DNA of 64,000 nt from Eledone cirrhosa (lineage: Eukaryota): contig OZ024742.1 of assembly GCA_964016885.1 (NCBI GenBank), forward strand, positions 46,810,001 through 46,874,000, in the 5' to 3' direction. Shown here one piece after another: positions 59,460 through 64,000 of the stretch. Numbering within the stretch: the first letter of the stretch is position 1; every line of letters begins with the position of its first letter. A program made the translations under genes and the position numbers. The notes beneath the pieces are model-generated. The model did not search any database. It saw only the letters and a program-made list of their open reading frames with translations, and was not told the DNA's origin.

Positions 59460-59465
<6 letters not shown>
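57625..59465 (+). repeat. Tandem array of a 591-bp non-coding monomer (about 3.1 copies), retrozyme-like
   Basis: Units start at 57625, 58216, 58807 and 59398 (partial). I saw no differences between units. One HHR per full unit; (TA)n flanks. Confidence 0.92.
57956..58043 (+). ncRNA. Type I HHR with U3:A8 core (also 58547-58634, 59138-59225)
   Basis: TCCTC TTGATAA GTCGGCA [insert] TGCCAC GAAA CTACGTAG TC GAGGA. Confidence 0.8.
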
Positions 59466-59495
<30 letters not shown>

Positions 59496-60214
59496 ATTAG
59501 AAGACATTTTTTGTGGTCTTTGACTATCGAATTCCATCAGCTGGTTTGATCTTCCTATCCGGAGACCGGATTAGTACATTTAGCGACAGTTAACAGTGGC
59601 CATGATCAACAATTATGGTGGATTCTCAAGAGAACGATTAGAGTAAAAGCAATAGCTTATATTAAGAAAAAGTAGCAAAACAGGGGTAGTTAACAGCTAA
59701 ACTAGAAGAGGCGGTTAGAGGTAATATTGCATTGGACATGCTAGTTGCGAGAATGGTATTGGATCAACCTTTTAGTGTCGTCCGTATTTCTACTGTTAAC
59801 GGCTTTTACTAGCTACCTTTATTTTATCTTCTGTCGAGAGTCGCGGAAGGCCGTTGAGTTTGGACTTATAGTCCACCACCTTCTCCATCAATCCTCTTGT
59901 CAAATTCCAATGGAAAAAATCACACACATCTGCTTGGACTCGAGTAGCTTGCGCAAATTGTGTTTTAGTGGCTAAGCTGCGCTTCTGCTACTCGGATCCA
60001 TAGAACTGATACTCTCCCTTTGTGTCTTAGAGAACGTGATATAGCTCTTCCAATGCAATCTTCGTGTCTCCCATTGAAGGAATGCTCAAGTTCCTTTCTC
60101 ATCGTTGTTAATTATATTTAACCTCTCATCTACAGAAGCAGCTATTACTGAAAGCATTTGGTTATACATCCAGATGCGTCTATACTTGGAAAGAAGGGAC
60201 AGCTGATTATATTG

Positions 60215-60521
60215 ATGCCAAATGCTTGACTGGTACTTTATTTTATCGACCTTGGAAAGAAGAAAGGCAGATTTGAGCTTAGTGGGATCTAAACTCAGAA
60301 TTTAAAGAACTGAACAAATAATAGTTTCTACATTTAGCAGAAGGCCAGCAATTTGAAGGGAAGGGGAACGTCTATTAAATCGATCCCAATGCGTTAATGA
60401 TGTTTTATTTTATCGATCTCGTAAGGATGAGAGGCGGGATTTGAACTCAGAACGTAAAGAGCTGAACAAATACTGCTAGGAATTTGTCCGAGGCTGTAAC
60501 TACTCTGCCAATCTACCACCA
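60215..60521 (-). mobile_element. Two adjacent SINE copies
   Basis: Same SINE motifs in reverse orientation (ACTGGTACTTTATTTTATCGAC, GGATTTGAACTCAGAACGTAAAG). Confidence 0.75.
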
Positions 60522-62037
60522 TCTCGATAAAAAGAAAACAAATCTTAGTGGAATAAAAAAATAGCATTACTATTATTATACGTTTTCTAACTTAATATTA
60601 TAAAAGAATAATATATAAAACATCAAATACTCGATTAACTTTATTTTTCAAAAATGTTGAAATTGTAATAAAAAATATATTTCAAACGATATAAATAATT
60701 TTAGAGGATGTACCGTTGTCTAATAAAACAGATAGTGATATGTTAAAACTATAGATGCAGTTTCAATTGTTGAACAAACGATTAATGACAATTTATTTAA
60801 ATGTTTAATGGAATAAATACCATGAATATATATATATATAATTCTTAAACTAAAACTCTTATCATAAATACTGCTTTAAAATATGTACCTATAATAATAA
60901 TATGTACACTAGATCTATTACTGAAAACATAAGTGTAACAAGGCAAGAGGAAATGTTTTTCTAATCTGAATAAACATATACTGGATTGCTTACAATATAA
61001 TCATGTTTATTAGAATGGAAGCAAAACAGCAATGTAAATACAGAATTGAGGAGTTAATATAGATGTAAGGAAGTCGCAAAACTGAACACCATTGAATTAT
61101 GATTTTAAATATAATATGAAAATAACTAAATATATAACATTGCAAAAGAGATTGTAAAAAGGAACTTGAAAGGTTCTTGTAAATTTTCAGTAAAATTAAC
61201 ATTATAAATTCTATAAATTCTATAAATATTTTAATATATATTCATCTTTTAAATTAGGTGAATTTATTTTGCACAAAAAAAGCAGAATTTCAATATCGTT
61301 TATGGTAACATCCATTTAGCAATTGTATACTTATACAAATTGGAAAATAAACAGATTACAAAGAAATAATAGATTCAATAGAAAATGCAAACGTGAATAT
61401 ATATTCAGTTACACAGAGAATTCAAAATTCCATAAGCAAATTTATTCAAAGTGTTTAGAATTATAAATAGATAATAATAGTAATTTATTACGTTACGTAT
61501 AAAGATATAAATTAATGAATACAATATTCTTCTAAACATTATATAATATAGGAAATATGTTATATGATTAAAAATATGTTACACAATAATATGCATAAGA
61601 CAAGACAGATTGAATAAAACAACTAACTACACTAGAGGGAGTGATGGTCTTTTTAGTTTCTACCTGTTATGTCCTTATGGATAAACGAATCCACTGCAAC
61701 AGTGTTATGACAATATAATCGAAACAAACGGCAATAACCACACTTAACTGAACGCAATCTTTTAAGAACCAACAATCCGACATGCTAACTCGAACCGTGA
61801 ACTTGAAATCCAGCTTTGACTATCAACACACTAACTATGGAACTAGTACCAACTTCCCCGCCTACTATTTATATGTAGTGATCCAGCCCATTCTCGCCAG
61901 TGGGGCATCCTACTCTCGCACAACACTACCGAAGAAGCAGAAAATATACCCAGTTCATAGTTCTAATGATACTCAGAATGTCAAGAACAAAATAAATCTA
62001 TTCTCAATAGCATAAAAACAGTTAACGAAACATTATT

Positions 62038-62226
62038 CGGTGGATTGGCAGTATCAGTAGAGGGTCGGACGCCATGCTTTCCAGCATAGTTACGTCCCTT
62101 TACGATCTGAGTTCAAATCCCGCCGAGGTTGACTTTGCCTTTCATCCTTACGGGGTCGATAAAATAAAGTACCAGTAATGCACTGGGTAATTGCTGGCCT
62201 TGTGCCTAAAGTAGAAACAATTATTA
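62038..62226 (+). mobile_element. tRNA-derived SINE (deleted copy at about 62373-62496)
   Basis: A box, B box and 3' end as in 26489-26679. Confidence 0.85.
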
Positions 62227-63594
62227 AGAAAATGAAATATTGTATTATTAAAACCTTAGGTGCTTTATGATAAATTAATATCTTATATACATAATCACAC
62301 TTGCACTTACGCACATATGTACATATATACCTGCATTCATATCTAAATACATAGGTACATTTCAGAAACTACGCAGTGGATTTGTAGAATCGTTAGAGCG
62401 TCGGACAAAATGCTTTGCATTAATTGTTCCGCTTCTTTACATTCGACTTTTCCGTACCTTCATATTTCAGGCCTTGTGCCTAAATTAGAAATCATTAATT
62501 TAGTCAAAAATGGAAGAGCAGAGCAATACTAGAGGTAAAACATTGCTGTCAATAGTTAAAAGTAATATCTATATATTAAACTTGTCTATAATGATGGCCA
62601 TTAGTAAAACAAGTCAACATTTTTGTTAATTATCTTCGCACAATAAGCTGTGATAATCGTCTCATAAATGCGTGAAATGTTGATAAATGGAAAACATTTT
62701 TCATTTTCTGTATTCCGGTTTTTATATAGAATATTTTTGAATTTTCATTGTTTAATAAACAAAGATAATTGCAAAGAGTAAGGTGTCCATATTTTATGTA
62801 CTTTGACGGAATTACGTATAATAAAGTAATCAAAATAAATATTTTATATTAGTTATGTATATATTAAATCAAACAGAGACAATTTTACGTAAACCTAGAC
62901 AGTATATGTCCAGGTGTTGATGAAAGTATGAACGTTTTAATCATTAAATGAAAACAAAATGGACATTTAGAAATTATGAAATAAATAAGATGAAAATGAG
63001 GATATAAATCGATAAAACTGAATTAAAAGGTAATAATTATACGTATATTAAACAGAGATATAATTAACTTATCGAGACCGCAACATGGCTAAGTGGTTAT
63101 AATGTTCAGTTTGCAATCTCAAAGATTAAAGTAGTCACACTGCTTGAGTCGAGTTTTGTGACAGGAAATATGCAGAATCTCAGCCGGTGGCCAGCACATG
63201 TAATTCACCAATATTTTGCTGATGATGTTTGATGATTCGGTTATGGGTAACCGTGTCACTGATTTAGAAGTTAATTTAAGGTGCAGGTACTTCGGTTAAC
63301 CGAACAACTGAATATCCAACATTAAAACAATGGCAATTCATTACTTATTTGAGTAAATATCAATTAATCATGAGAAAATTGTTTGAGAAAATAATTGTCT
63401 TATGATGAATTGATATTTACTCAAACACACAGACACACACGTGGGAGAGAGAGAGGGAGATAGAGGGGGCGTGGGAGAGAAGGGAAATGAGAGAGAAGGA
63501 GAGAGAGGGAGAGAGAGGGAGAGAGAGGGAGAGAGAGGGAGAGAGGGAGAGAGAGAAGGGGCGTGAGAGAGATAGAGAGAGAGAGAAAGGGCGT

Positions 63595-63637
<43 letters not shown>

Positions 63638-63794
63638 TGTGTATGTGTGTGTTGTGTGTGTGTGTGTGTGTGTGTGAGTGTGTGTGTTTGTGTATTGAAA
63701 CAAAGAGATATCGCTATCTCTGTTTGTGTAATTATAAATAGTATTAAATAGAAAATATTCATTAAATATAAAAAGAAGGGGACGTGTAACATAT

Positions 63795-64000
63795 ATCAAT
63801 GTTTTCTAATTTAGTCATAATCCTAGCAAATTATGGAGGCGATTGTGTCGATTATATCGACCTCGGTACTTCACCGGTAGAAAACTTTATAAATCCTAGA
63901 AGGATAAAAGGCAAATGTAAGCTTGTTTGGATTTAATCTCAGAACGGAAGAGACGTAGCTAAATGTTGCAAAACATTCTATCCGACCTTCTAATGATTCT
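63795..64000 (-). mobile_element. Degenerate SINE copy
   Basis: TTTCTAATTTAG.CA.AA.C.AGCAA, GTCGATTATATCGAC and GGATTTAATCTCAGAACG. Confidence 0.6.

Noticed and set aside
59480-60200. Moderately GC-rich stretch that might be a coding remnant
   Set aside because: The frames I translated are interrupted and no family motif was recognised.

Overview
Eukaryotic, AT-rich, microsatellite-saturated DNA. I found no supportable host protein-coding exon. The recurrent tRNA-derived SINE and the repeat landscape resemble octopod cephalopod genomes (inference). The window is a nest of transposons: one near-intact Penelope-like element (PLE) with direct pseudo-LTRs (29536-33942), one 5'-truncated Neptune-type PLE with an inverted pLTR (13121-17024), many PLE fragments, a DD37D Tc1/mariner element, a MITE, a Helitron, LINE fragments (RTE, CR1/L2-like, L1/Tx1-like) and SINEs. 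The main hidden signal is an unusually dense set of minimal type I hammerhead ribozyme (HHR) motifs, found by eye: more than 20 copies from about a dozen sequence families. They include two non-coding, near-identical tandem arrays (465-bp and 591-bp monomers) with one HHR per monomer, which look like retrozymes that could yield circular RNAs. Several families carry recurring non-canonical catalytic cores (U3:A8 covariation, U4C, U4A). Many elements share a fold-back-plus-unpaired-tail architecture inside (TA)n tracts. All structures were read manually, so coordinates may be off by a few bases, and ribozyme activity is untested.
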